Assembly (NCBI GenBank): GCA_965263175.1
Contig: OZ253587.1
Coordinates: forward strand, 136,105 to 200,104
Length of the DNA: 64,000 nucleotides
From: Chloroflexota bacterium
GTDB lineage: Bacteria; Chloroflexota; UBA11872
Direction of reading: 5' to 3'
Part shown: piece after piece, positions 35,878 through 45,283 of the stretch
Layout of the letters: each line of letters starts with the position of its first letter
How positions within the stretch are numbered: the stretch's first letter is position 1
Program-made: the position numbers and the translations under genes
The notes under the pieces: model-generated
Told to the model about the DNA's origin: nothing
The model's database searches: none
What the model saw: only the letters and a program-made list of their open reading frames with translations

Positions 35878-36591
35878 ATGCACGACACCCGGGCCTTCTT
35901 CTTTGATCTTGACGACACGCTGGTGGACTTCGGCAAGGCCCGGCGTCAGGGCCTCGAAGCCCTAGCCGGCGAGTTGGCCGCGCGCATCCATAACCAGTCG
36001 CCCGACCACGTACGGGAAATCCAGTCACGCATCGTCGAGGACCGTACCCGCCGCGGCCGCGGCATTCCCCAGACCGGCGAACTGCGAAACAGCCGCATCC
36101 GTATCTGGACCGAGGTGCTTGAGTTCATCGGCACCCCGGACCTCGCCGACCCCGAGCAACTGGTGGACGAGCACGACAAGCTCACCCGCCGCCACCTTGA
36201 GCTATATTCCGACGCGGACGCGGCCATCCGCTGGGCGGCCAGGCGCTTCGAGGTCACCGGCATCATCACCAACGGCCCCAGCGACGTGCAGTGGGGCGAA
36301 GTGCGAGCCGTCGGTCTGGAAGACCGCGTCGACCGCGTGATCGTCGCCGGCGACATCGGCGCATTCAAGCCCGATCCGCGCATCTTCGAGGCGGCGCTCA
36401 AAGGGCTTGGCATTCCACCGCACGCCGCCGTGTTCATCGGCAACTCCGCCGACCACGACGTCGCCGGCGCTCTCCAGGCCGGCTGGTCCGCCATCTGGCT
36501 CAACCGCGCTGGCGCGACCTATCCCCCGCCACTCCCGCCACCAACCGCCACCGTAACCACCCTCAACGAACTCCCAGCCATCTTCGCCTGA
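35878..36591 (+). CDS. HAD family hydrolase (HAD-IA)
   Basis: FFFDLDDTLVDF (DxDxT motif I), ITNGPS (motif II), K...GD (FIGNSADHDVAGA). Confidence 0.65.
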   Translation: MHDTRAFFFDLDDTLVDFGKARRQGLEALAGELAARIHNQSPDHVREIQSRIVEDRTRRGRGIPQTGELRNSRIRIWTEVLEFIGTPDLADPEQLVDEHDKLTRRHLELYSDADAAIRWAARRFEVTGIITNGPSDVQWGEVRAVGLEDRVDRVIVAGDIGAFKPDPRIFEAALKGLGIPPHAAVFIGNSADHDVAGALQAGWSAIWLNRAGATYPPPLPPPTATVTTLNELPAIFA

Positions 36592-36734
36592 GGCGGCCAC
36601 TCTGCTCGTCTTTTTCGCTAGCTCGTACGCTGAGCGCGGGTCATTGCCGGCGGGTGACCTGACCCAAGCTCGCCTACTGAGGCAAGGTGGATCGTTTTGA
36701 TTCGCACGCGCCGGAACACTGTCCGGTAATCACT

Positions 36735-36758
36735 TGACACGCAACTAACTTGCATGTT
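36735..36758. promoter_or_regulatory. perfect inverted repeat GCAACTAAC-TTGCAT-GTTAGTTGC overlapping a TTGACA hexamer
   Basis: 9-bp arms with a 6-bp spacer, and no T-tract. Sits between the HAD gene and the TA operon 3' end. Candidate operator or structured site. Confidence 0.35.
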
Positions 36759-36818
36759 AGTTGCACTGTCAGGCCCGGCGCGAGTCGCTGCAACGTTGGC
36801 CAGCGACAGCTCCTCGGT

Positions 36819-37205
36819 TTATCTCCTAAACGTGATGTACGTCGGCGTGATTCTGACCCTGAATCGCTTGCCGGGATAGTTTTGGTGTATGGAGAAAGCG
36901 GATTCGATTAGTTCCCCGAGCTCAGCCACACGTCTAGCACCATCGGTTTCGTCGCAGGCAAATCCAATGTGTCCGAGTTTGCTTTGGCCAGGTGAATCGA
37001 GCGCCCCTTTTCTGCGGTCAATCCTCTGAAAGTCTCTTATGTTCCATGTGACAACTAGTGCGTCAATCGAATCGGCTAGATCCGAAACGACACGATCCGG
37101 GTTGCCTGGTAAGAGTAGGCTCAGAACGTTGATTACTTCATGCCCTCTCGCCTCGAAGGCCTCGGCCGTAGATCTCGGAACGCATTCGTCAATTAGCAGC
37201 CGCAT
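36819..37205 (-). CDS. DUF5615 family PIN-like protein (putative toxin)
   Basis: MRLLIDECVPRSTAEAFEARGHEVINV... matches the DUF5615 (Mut7-C-like) N-terminus. About 50% GC. Confidence 0.55.
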   Translation of the reverse strand: MRLLIDECVPRSTAEAFEARGHEVINVLSLLLPGNPDRVVSDLADSIDALVVTWNIRDFQRIDRRKGALDSPGQSKLGHIGFACDETDGARRVAELGELIESAFSIHQNYPGKRFRVRITPTYITFRR

Positions 37206-37240
37206 TGATCATCGGTTTCTACGCAGCCACAGCATAGTCC

Positions 37241-37897
37241 TTAACTTGCCAATGCCTCGTCATCGGATTCATGAAACCTGATCGCTGCATTTACATCCTG
37301 AATGGTTAGGGTTGGGAACTCGCTTATGATGGCGCCTGATTCATATCCGGCCTTGTGGAATGCCCATATCGCCGATGTGGGGATTCGTGTGCCGGATATA
37401 ACAGGTCGATTATGTGCAACGTACCTGTGCTTGGATATCCGGCCAACGTCGTCTTCTTGTCGCTGGCGCAGTCGATGCACAGCAGTGGACACCTCGCCTA
37501 TGACATCTTGCAGTTCGATGTCGAAGGTTGACTGCGCACCATCCTTGGCTAAGACGATCACGTCATCGCTCTGTTGGACGAATACATCTCGGCCTCTGGT
37601 AAAGAACCGAAGGCTTGCCCAAGGGTGCTCATAGTGCTCATGCAGCCACGCGCCGATCTTTCGCAGCGACTGGAGCGACGCTCTGTTGCGCAGAATGGCG
37701 AGCGTTCTGAGACCAACAACATCTCGAAATGAGTACAGACGCGAATAGGGACCGCGTCTCTTACGGGCTGATTCAGGTCTGAAGAACTCAGTCGCGTCCC
37801 AGTAGCGAAGACGCCGATCGGGGAGACCTGTCAGGCGGCACACCTGATCGGCGGTGAATGCCCTAATTGGGTTATCGAAGGAAATCTCAGAAAGCAC
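37241..37897 (-). CDS. MerR-type HTH fused to DUF433 (putative antitoxin)
   Basis: FTADQVCRLTGLPDRRLRYWD (MerR HTH). The C-terminus ISGTRIPTSAIWAFHKAGYESGAIISEFPTLTIQDVNAAIRFHE matches DUF433. 35 bp upstream of the DUF5615 gene. Confidence 0.55.
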   Translation of the reverse strand: MLSEISFDNPIRAFTADQVCRLTGLPDRRLRYWDATEFFRPESARKRRGPYSRLYSFRDVVGLRTLAILRNRASLQSLRKIGAWLHEHYEHPWASLRFFTRGRDVFVQQSDDVIVLAKDGAQSTFDIELQDVIGEVSTAVHRLRQRQEDDVGRISKHRYVAHNRPVISGTRIPTSAIWAFHKAGYESGAIISEFPTLTIQDVNAAIRFHESDDEALAS

Positions 37898-38141
37898 GTC
37901 AGCCTACGCCCCTTTCCGGCCTATGCTCCAGACCGAACAGGAAGTCTTCTGCCAACACTCACACCTCGGCGCTGTTCGGGCACGACCGAGAGTCTTGGCG
38001 AGCCTGCCGCACTCCTACAGCTCGCTTCTCCGACACTAGGCGATCCTCTCGGCCACGCCGGAGCGACAGTCGACCTTCCCAAACCTTAACATGGACATGC
38101 CGTTCTTCCCACCGACGGATAGTGTCCCGTCTTGACTTGGA

Positions 38142-38696
38142 TTGATTGGGCGACCGCACTGTTTCGTCAACGGCACGCCGCGCCTTGCGTTCGTGCGCGC
38201 CGACAGGCCAACCGTGAAGCTCTTCCTTAAGGCCGCGCTGTTCACGGCGGTGGTGCCGGGCACGGTAGCGGTGATCGTTCCGTTGTTGCTCAAAGAGGAT
38301 CGGCTGGCCGCCGGTGGCGCAACTCTTGGGCTGGCCGTGTGCCTGTTCGCCCTCGGAATCGGGCTCTACCTGCGCTGCGTGTGGGACTTTGCGGTATCCG
38401 GCGGAGGGACCCCCGCGCCGATCGACGCGCCGAAGCGCCTGGTAACAAACGGTGTCTATCGCTACTCGCGGAACCCCATCTACATCGCGGAGCTCACCAT
38501 GATTGCCGGCTGGGCCATCCTCTTCACGGCCCCGATCATCGTGGCTTATGGAGTCGTGTTGTTCGTCGTCTTATCGCTAGCCGTGCGCCGCTACGAAGAG
38601 CCGCGCCTTGCTCGGCAATTCGGCGACCAGTACGCGGCCTACGCAGAAGCGACCGGTCGCTGGCTACCCCGGCTCCGTCGCAAAGATCGGCCCTAA
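38142..38696 (+). CDS. isoprenylcysteine carboxyl methyltransferase / phospholipid methyltransferase family membrane protein
   Basis: RYSRNPIYIAELTMIAGWAI and EEPRLARQFGDQYAAYAEATGRWLP match the ICMT/PEMT signature. TTG start, uncertain. Confidence 0.55.
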   Translation: MIGRPHCFVNGTPRLAFVRADRPTVKLFLKAALFTAVVPGTVAVIVPLLLKEDRLAAGGATLGLAVCLFALGIGLYLRCVWDFAVSGGGTPAPIDAPKRLVTNGVYRYSRNPIYIAELTMIAGWAILFTAPIIVAYGVVLFVVLSLAVRRYEEPRLARQFGDQYAAYAEATGRWLPRLRRKDRP

Positions 38697-38709
38697 ACCC
38701 GAACCAGCC

Positions 38710-39897
38710 CTAGCCGGTTCCCGCGGTCGTCTCTTCGATTAGCCAGTCCACCACGGCTTCCAGGGCGTGTTGTTCGGTGGCGCCGGCGCGGCGCTGGGAT
38801 TCGTAGACGGCCAGTTGCCGGTGGGCGCTGGTGCCGCGCGCCAGGATGGTGCGAACGTGCTCCACTTCGGCCACGCAGTCCAAGCGTTCGGAATCCTCGC
38901 GAATCAAGTCCAGCAACTCCTCCATCAGCGCGTCCAGCGGCTTGATGCGGTTCTGGCCGAAATCCACCAGTCCGTTGTCGATCCCGTAGCGCTGGGCGCG
39001 CCAGCAGTTCTCATGCAGCAGCGCCATCGGGTAGATGCGCCACCGCTGGTTCCCACGGCGCATCCGGGCCAGCATGGAGGTCAGGCACACGTAGAGCGCC
39101 GCGATGCTGACCGCATCCTCCAGGCTGGTGCACACGTCGGTGATCCGCATCTCCAGCGTCGGCAGATGCGCGTGGGGCCGCGCGTCCCACCAGACCTTGG
39201 TCGGGTCGTCCATCAGCCCCGCGTCCAGCAGGTCCTGGATCATGCGCTGGTACTCGCCGTAGCTTGCGAACCGCTCCGGCAGTCCGGTGCGCGGGAACCC
39301 CTGCATGATCGTGCGTCGGTAACTCCGCAGACCCGTGTCCCGGCCCTGCCAGAACGGCGACGACGTGCTGAGGGCCAGCAGGTGCGGCAGGAAATAGGTG
39401 ATCTGGTTCAGCACGTCGATGCGGTCTTGCGGGTTGGGAATGCCCACGTGCACGTGCATCCCGCCGATCACCATCCGCTGCGCCAGCGCCTGCATGTCCT
39501 CCGCCAGCGCCCTGTAGCGCTCCTTGTCCGTCGGCAGCTGCCGCGACCAGAGCGCAAACGGGTGGGTCGAGGCCGCCACGATCCGCAGCTCGTGCGCCCC
39601 CACCGTCTCCGCCACGGCGCCTCGCAGCGCCGCCAGCCGTTCGCGGACTTCGGCGATCGAGCCGCACACGCTGGTGCCGACCTCGATCTGCGAGCGCAGC
39701 AGCTCCGGGCTGACGCTGCCCACTTCGGGCGCGATGGCCGCCGCGCACTCGTGCAGCAGCGCTCGCGGCGGGTTGGCCACCAGATCCCGCGTATCGGGAT
39801 CGACGATCAGGTATTCCTCTTCAGCGCCAATGGTGAAGTCCGGCAGCCCGTCAATGAAAGCCGTCACGCGCGCACCCTTGGGAACCTGCACGGTCAT
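38710..39897 (-). CDS. carboxylate-amine ligase, YbdK / glutamate-cysteine ligase family 2
   Basis: DFTIGAEEEYLIVDPDTRDL is the GCS2 N-terminal signature. About 395 aa from the MTVQ Met. Confidence 0.65.
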   Translation of the reverse strand: MTVQVPKGARVTAFIDGLPDFTIGAEEEYLIVDPDTRDLVANPPRALLHECAAAIAPEVGSVSPELLRSQIEVGTSVCGSIAEVRERLAALRGAVAETVGAHELRIVAASTHPFALWSRQLPTDKERYRALAEDMQALAQRMVIGGMHVHVGIPNPQDRIDVLNQITYFLPHLLALSTSSPFWQGRDTGLRSYRRTIMQGFPRTGLPERFASYGEYQRMIQDLLDAGLMDDPTKVWWDARPHAHLPTLEMRITDVCTSLEDAVSIAALYVCLTSMLARMRRGNQRWRIYPMALLHENCWRAQRYGIDNGLVDFGQNRIKPLDALMEELLDLIREDSERLDCVAEVEHVRTILARGTSAHRQLAVYESQRRAGATEQHALEAVVDWLIEETTAGTG

Positions 39898-39933
39898 GCT
39901 ACGCGGCCCCGTCAACCGCGCGGCCGGCGTGAA

Positions 39934-39949
39934 TGATTCACGTGAAACA
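39934..39949. promoter_or_regulatory. parS site TGATTCACGTGAAACA (15/16 match to consensus)
   Basis: One mismatch against TGTTTCACGTGAAACA. Lies between divergent genes. Confidence 0.65.
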
Positions 39950-40012
39950 CTCACGCCGACCTAATCCCCGACCCGATAGCCAGCTTCCGGCCCCCGCGGG
40001 TACCCTGCACCC

Positions 40013-41011
40013 ATGATCAAGATTGGCCTGCGCTTCGTTGACCTTTCGTCTGACCACCTGCAATACGCGGCGCAAATCGGCGTGGACGGCGGCACCCTGC
40101 GCACCGACGACCTTCCCGGCGTGGCGGAGACGGGCCATGTAGACGCCGCCGGTCTGCGTCATTTGCTCCAGCGACTGGACGCCCTGGACCTGCAACTGGC
40201 TGGCATGGAACTGCGCCGCGCCCGCATCGCCGGCGTCTTGCGCGGCGACCCCGCGGGCGAAGGCGAAATCGACGACCTCTGCGAGACGATCCGCATCCTC
40301 GGCGGCGAGGGCGCGCCGTTGGTCACCTGCGGTTTTTCCGTGGCCCACGCCGACGAACACATCCAACCCTGGCGCGGCTACCGCGACCTGCCCGGCGGAC
40401 GCGCCGGCACCGACCTGCGCACCTTCGACGCCGCCTGGGTCGAGGAGTCCGACCTTGTCACCTGGGGCATCGACACCGGCGATCCTGCCGTGCGCGTGCC
40501 CGAAGCCGAGGTCTGGCGGCGCATGGACGGATTCATGGACCGCGTCCTACCGGCCGCCGAAGCCGCCGGCGTGCGCCTGGCCTTCCACCCCAATGACCCG
40601 CCCCTGCCGCTTTACCGCGGGGTCGAGCAGCCGTTCGTTCACCCCGAGGGGCTGCAACGCCTGCTGGACCGCTACGACAGCCCCAACGTGGGCCTGCTGT
40701 TCTGCCTGGGCACCATGCAGGAGACCGGGGCCGACATGCCCGCCGCCCTGCGCTCATTTGGTGAGCGCGGCAAGCTGTTCACCATCCACTTCCGCAACGT
40801 GCGCGGCGTCATCCCGCACTTCGAGGAAGTCTTCCAGGACGAGGGCGACTACAACGCGGCGGACCAGATGCGCACCCTGCACGACGTCGGGTTCGACGGC
40901 TTCGTAATGCCCGACCATTACCCCGGCCTGCTGGGCGACAACGAAGCCCGCGAACGCGCCCGCGCCTGGTGCGTCGGCTACCTCCGCGCCCTCATCCAAG
41001 CCACCGCCTAG
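40013..41011 (+). CDS. uxuA: mannonate dehydratase (UxuA family)
   Basis: LAFHPNDPPLPL, LFTIHFRNVRG and FVMPDHYPGL align to UxuA AVHPDDPPRPI, YFTHLRSTMRE and IPMRPDHGHQM. Confidence 0.6.
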   Translation: MIKIGLRFVDLSSDHLQYAAQIGVDGGTLRTDDLPGVAETGHVDAAGLRHLLQRLDALDLQLAGMELRRARIAGVLRGDPAGEGEIDDLCETIRILGGEGAPLVTCGFSVAHADEHIQPWRGYRDLPGGRAGTDLRTFDAAWVEESDLVTWGIDTGDPAVRVPEAEVWRRMDGFMDRVLPAAEAAGVRLAFHPNDPPLPLYRGVEQPFVHPEGLQRLLDRYDSPNVGLLFCLGTMQETGADMPAALRSFGERGKLFTIHFRNVRGVIPHFEEVFQDEGDYNAADQMRTLHDVGFDGFVMPDHYPGLLGDNEARERARAWCVGYLRALIQATA

Positions 41012-41099
41012 GGACGTACGCCAGAACGGAATCGGCGGAAGCACCCGCGCGCGCGCTGCGGAGAGCAGCTTTGGGGTGCAGGTGACCCGTGCCTCGTCA

Positions 41100-42291
41100 G
41101 AGACCTTTGCAAAACCCTGGCGTGAGGTGGATCGTGGAGACCATCGTTCCCGCCGCCGAGAGTCGTGGCCATGCACCGTTCCACCCATTCGCCGGAACTG
41201 ATCGACGCCTGGCTGCCGCCGCGGGTGGGCCGCAACGCCCGGCTGGAGCGGCTGACGCAGCTCATCGACTGGGCGCCGCTGGAGGCGCTGGTGGCGGACC
41301 TGCACGCCGCGCCGGTCGGGCGGCCGAGTTATCCGCCGCTGCTGATGGTCAAGGTGCTGCTGCTCCAGCAGTGGTATCAGGCCTCGGACCCGGCGATGGA
41401 AGAGGCGTTGTGGGAGCGGCTGTCGTTCCGGCGCTTCGTGGGGTTGGGGCTGCAGGACGACGCGCCCGATCACTCGACGATCAGCCGCTTCCGCACGCGG
41501 CTGACGGCGGCGGGCGTGGCCGAGCCGCTGTTCGCGGCGGTGGAGCAGCAACTGGCCGCGCGCGGGCTGCTGGTCATGCAGGGCACGCTGGTGGACGCGA
41601 CGTTGGTGGACGCGCAGGTGCGCCGCCCGCAAGGGGGCGCCACCGGCGCGGGCAGCCCCCGGGACCCGGACGCGGCCTGGGCCCGGCGGGGCCGGCAGGC
41701 GCGCTTTGGCTACAAGCTGCACCTGGGGGTGGACGCCGAGTCGGAACTGGTCCGGCGCGCGGTGCTGACCCCGGCGAACGTGAACGAGACCCAGGTGGCG
41801 GACGAGCTGATCGCGGGGGACGAAGGGGCGGTGTACGGGGATGCGGCCTATGGCACGCACGCGCGCAGCGCCCGGCTGCGGGCGCGGGGGATCGCGGATC
41901 GGCTGATGCGACGGCCCACCAAACATCAGCCCCGGCTGGGCCCGGCGGCGCGCCGCCGCCACGCCCGGATCGAACAGGTGCGACGGCCGGTGGAGCACGT
42001 GTTTGGGACGTTGAAGCGCTCGTACGGCTACCAGCGGGTGCGCTACCGGGGCCTGGCCCGGAACACGACCGAGATGTGGTTCAAGCTGCTGGCCTACAAC
42101 CTGCGCCGCGCGGACCGCTTGCTGGCCGGGGCCCCGACCTCGCCCTAGGCGCGCTGCGCCCTCAACCAGGCGCGCAGGCCTGCGGGCAGGCCCCGGCGAG
42201 CGGCGACCCAGGCTGCCCCACCCCGCGCCACCCTCTCGCGGGTCGGGCGTCGCCCCTCGGCGCTGCGCAGGGCGCATTATTCAAAGGTCTC
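41100..42291. mobile_element. IS5-family insertion sequence, copy 2 (divergent from copy 1)
   Basis: TIRs GAGACCTTTGCAAAACCC... / ...TTCAAAGGTCTC. Flanked by the 6-bp direct repeat TCGTCA. About 1.19 kb. Confidence 0.65.
41165..42148 (+). CDS. IS5 family DDE transposase
   Basis: YPPLLMVKVLLLQQWYQASDPAMEEALWERLSFRRFVGL and VEHVFGTLKRSYGYQRVRYRGLARN. 327 aa. About 75% identical to the copy-1 transposase. Confidence 0.8.
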   Translation: MAMHRSTHSPELIDAWLPPRVGRNARLERLTQLIDWAPLEALVADLHAAPVGRPSYPPLLMVKVLLLQQWYQASDPAMEEALWERLSFRRFVGLGLQDDAPDHSTISRFRTRLTAAGVAEPLFAAVEQQLAARGLLVMQGTLVDATLVDAQVRRPQGGATGAGSPRDPDAAWARRGRQARFGYKLHLGVDAESELVRRAVLTPANVNETQVADELIAGDEGAVYGDAAYGTHARSARLRARGIADRLMRRPTKHQPRLGPAARRRHARIEQVRRPVEHVFGTLKRSYGYQRVRYRGLARNTTEMWFKLLAYNLRRADRLLAGAPTSP

Positions 42292-42294
42292 TCG

Positions 42295-44127
42295 TCAGGC
42301 AGATGACGGTGCCACTTCCTCGTAGCACTCTCGGTCCAAGCAGTCAATTAAGGGCGTGTGCGCGTTGGCGCAGCAGACGATCGAAAGCGAACGGCTGGAG
42401 CGCGTGATTGCCACGTAGAGCTGCGCGCGTTGCCGGTCGATCGGGAATCTCTCAGCCACGGGGTCAAGCAGGTACACCGACGCGAAGTCCAGCCCTTTCG
42501 CGGAGTGCACCGTGGCCAACGCTACAGAGGCACCGTCCGGCGGAGCGTTGCGGTCCACCACTCGCACGGGTACACCTGCCCGCTCCAGGGCTACCCTCGC
42601 CTCGTCGCGCTGCGGGTTCGAACCCGTCAGCACTGCAATCTGGCTGACAGGCCGTCCCGCCTCAATCTCCGCGAGTACCGACTCGACCACGAACGCCAGG
42701 GCTCGAGGCCCCTCAGCGCACCTAGCCAGCCGCGGCAGCGGGCCTTCGCGCTTAGGCGTTGACAACTCTTCAACGTCGCGGCGTACCTCGTCGACGTCTG
42801 CGTAGATTGAGGCGGCCAGGGCGTGAAGCTGACGGGTCGAGCGGTAGGGCTCGCGCAAGACGTGGGTCCGACCTCTACGCGACCCGAATTCGGGGGCAGC
42901 CCACCGGTAGCGTCCGGCGTAGAGCGCCTGTGCCGGGTCAGCCAGCACCAGAAGCCGCGTCTCAGCCCCAGCCACAAGCGCCTTGGCCAGCCGGGCCATC
43001 ACCGGCGAGCAGTCCTGACCCTCGTCGACAATCACGTCACGGTAGCGAGGCGGATTCGGATCCTTCGCAATCGCGGCGCGCGCCCGTTCGATTAGGTCAT
43101 TCCAACTGTCCTGCGCGTCCCTCCGGTGCCGGATCCGCTGATAGAGCGCCCAGACCGCCCGGCGTTGAGGCTTGAACAGACGCACCAACCCCTCACTCTC
43201 CGGCCTATTGAGGTCAAGGTAGGGCTGTACCTCGTCGAACTGGTTGGGGCCAAGGACATCGCTAATCTCTGTGAAGAGATCGTCCTCCGCGAGCCTCTCG
43301 AGCGCGCGGCGGTCGGCATCCGGCAGCTGCCGCACTTCCTGGGCTAGCACTGTGCGGAGCCAGCGGTCATACACAGCCGGATTTGCCGAGTAGCTGTCTA
43401 CACGCCGTCGAAGGTACCGCCCAGCCCAGCCGTGGAAGGTGTTTACCTCGATCTGCCGCGACCTCTCGGGTGGGGCGAGCGTTCTGATTGCTTCTCGCAC
43501 GGTGCGCATAAGCACTCGGTTGAAGCAGAGATACAGCACGCGTCCGTCTTCAAAGCCTGGCAGCAGGCTCTGGCGCAGCGCTCGGTGGATTGCGATCGAA
43601 GTCTTGCCAGTGCCTGCGCCAGCCGTGACGAAGGACAGCTTCGTTTGGTTGGTTTTGCTCGCGTCAAAGGTGACTAGGAAACGCTGTGCCTCATCGAGGG
43701 CCGCGAAGTAATGCTGGTACCCGCGTGCCGCCAGCGCACCCAATTTGTCTGGCTCCGTTATCGGGGTAGGGTCCTGCGAGGCAACGCTTGGAACCGGCTC
43801 GTGTCGCTGAAGAACCTTGCTGCGCCTAGGAATCTCCTGAAGGTGCCTATCCTTCCACGCGTAGGCCTCGTCGTGTTTGCCGACCCAAAGAAGCACGACT
43901 CGATTCTCAGTCTTGGCAAAGACCAGCCGATACTCCTTCGTGACCCGGGCTGAACGCACCTCCAGGCCGCAGTCGAACCGATGCAGCAGCTCGTCGTTTA
44001 GTCCGGCGCGCTTGTCACCCGCTACAAGGCGACGCGCGACCATGAGCGTTTGGTTTTCGAAGCGGCCGCTTAGTCTGTTGAGCGCATCAGAGAAGTCGTG
44101 TCCGCGCCAAAGTTCAAAGTCCGCCAT
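42295..44127 (-). CDS. UvrD/Rep-like SF1 helicase with N-terminal RelE/ParE-like domain
   Basis: N-terminus RVTKEYRLVFAKTENRVVLLWVGKHDEAY (RelE/ParE fold signature). Walker A TAGAGTGKTSIA, Walker B VIVDEGQDCS, motif VI VHSAKGLDFASVYLL. A GGGAGG RBS is present. Confidence 0.6.
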   Translation of the reverse strand: MADFELWRGHDFSDALNRLSGRFENQTLMVARRLVAGDKRAGLNDELLHRFDCGLEVRSARVTKEYRLVFAKTENRVVLLWVGKHDEAYAWKDRHLQEIPRRSKVLQRHEPVPSVASQDPTPITEPDKLGALAARGYQHYFAALDEAQRFLVTFDASKTNQTKLSFVTAGAGTGKTSIAIHRALRQSLLPGFEDGRVLYLCFNRVLMRTVREAIRTLAPPERSRQIEVNTFHGWAGRYLRRRVDSYSANPAVYDRWLRTVLAQEVRQLPDADRRALERLAEDDLFTEISDVLGPNQFDEVQPYLDLNRPESEGLVRLFKPQRRAVWALYQRIRHRRDAQDSWNDLIERARAAIAKDPNPPRYRDVIVDEGQDCSPVMARLAKALVAGAETRLLVLADPAQALYAGRYRWAAPEFGSRRGRTHVLREPYRSTRQLHALAASIYADVDEVRRDVEELSTPKREGPLPRLARCAEGPRALAFVVESVLAEIEAGRPVSQIAVLTGSNPQRDEARVALERAGVPVRVVDRNAPPDGASVALATVHSAKGLDFASVYLLDPVAERFPIDRQRAQLYVAITRSSRSLSIVCCANAHTPLIDCLDRECYEEVAPSSA

Positions 44128-44308
44128 CCAGCCTCCCGCCCGCCGTAGGCCGTACTTGTCGCGTCACCGAGTTTCGCGCAGTTTATTGAGCCGCCCGCTG
44201 TGCGTTAGTGGACATCACGGTCGCGCTCCCCGCGAATGTTGGTCCGACGGCCAGGGTCGGGGCGTAGGATCAGTCAGCTTCCAGGGTTCGCAGGAAGGTG
44301 TTCTGAGC

Positions 44309-45283
44309 ATGCATGACCCGGTGAAGGTTGGATTTGTTGGGGCGGGGAACCTGGCGAGCCGGGTGCATTACCCGTCGCTGGACGAGATCGAGGCCACGGA
44401 CTTGCGGGCGATTTCAGAACTGGACGAGGACCGCCTGACCGCGACCGCCGACCAGTACGACGTGCCCGGCCGCTACACCAACTACCGCGACATGCTCGAG
44501 CGCGAGGACCTGGACGCCGTCTACGTGGTCATGCCGCCGCACCTGCTGCACGACATCGTGGTGGACTGCCTGCAGGCCGGGAAGCACGTATTCGTGGAGA
44601 AGCCGCCCGGGGTCTCCACCTACGAGACGGAGGCATTTGCCTGGTACGCCGAGCGGCACGACTGCCTGACCATGACCGGGTTCAACCGGCGTTTCATCCC
44701 CCTGCTGCGCCACTGCAAGGCCGTGGTTGAGGCCGCCGGGCCCATCCACATGGTCTCCGTGCGCTTCCACAAGAACGACCCCGACATTGACGGCTTCGGC
44801 TTTTACCGGGGCTCCGTCAGCCACCTGACCTCCGACATCATCCACGCGGTCGACTCGCTGCGCTGGCTGGCGGGGGGCGAGGTGGTGGAGGTAACGGCCC
44901 ACACCCGCGCGCTGGGCCGCCCCTACATCAACGTGCACGCCGCGCTGATCGAGTTTTCCAGCGGCTGCTCAGGCGTGCTGCTGGCCAGCCGCCGGGCCGG
45001 CGCCCGCCGCCACACCTTCGAGTTCCACGGCGGCGACGTCTCCGCGTACTGTGAAGACGGTATCGAGGGCATGATCTACCGCGACAACTCGGACACCCCC
45101 GAGTTCGTGCGGGGCGCGGACCTTGTTGACGACTCCGACGCCCTGCATCAGCGCTCCGGCTTCCTGGCGGAGAGCCGACACTTCATGGAGAGCATCCAGG
45201 CCGGCACTCAGCCCCTCACCAACTTCGCCGAAGCCGCCAAGACCATGCGCCTCGTCGACCAGATCGCGGCGGATCGGCGCTAG
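44309..45283 (+). CDS. Gfo/Idh/MocA family oxidoreductase
   Basis: VKVGFVGAGNLASRVHYPSL (Rossmann) and HVFVEKPPGVSTYE (EKP motif). Confidence 0.7.
   Translation: MHDPVKVGFVGAGNLASRVHYPSLDEIEATDLRAISELDEDRLTATADQYDVPGRYTNYRDMLEREDLDAVYVVMPPHLLHDIVVDCLQAGKHVFVEKPPGVSTYETEAFAWYAERHDCLTMTGFNRRFIPLLRHCKAVVEAAGPIHMVSVRFHKNDPDIDGFGFYRGSVSHLTSDIIHAVDSLRWLAGGEVVEVTAHTRALGRPYINVHAALIEFSSGCSGVLLASRRAGARRHTFEFHGGDVSAYCEDGIEGMIYRDNSDTPEFVRGADLVDDSDALHQRSGFLAESRHFMESIQAGTQPLTNFAEAAKTMRLVDQIAADRR

Noticed and set aside
35263-35883. 206-aa minus-strand ORF antisense to the region after the MT-A70 gene, with high GC3 and a faint M15-peptidase or Vsr-like look
   Set aside because: The plus-strand frame (35317..35832) aligns end to end with BglII, including its N-terminus, catalytic EVQ block and C-terminus. 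In high-GC DNA the antisense frame is routinely open and GC3-rich. Its start would also overlap the HAD gene start. Treated as an antisense artefact.
38767-39936. 389-aa plus-strand ORF opposite the YbdK-like ligase
   Set aside because: Arg/Gln/His-rich shadow ORF. The minus strand carries the GCS2 signature.
40754-42277. 507-aa minus-strand ORF spanning the uxuA 3' end and IS5 copy 2
   Set aside because: Antisense to the IS5 transposase with its conserved N- and C-terminal motifs. Pro/Arg/Gly-rich.
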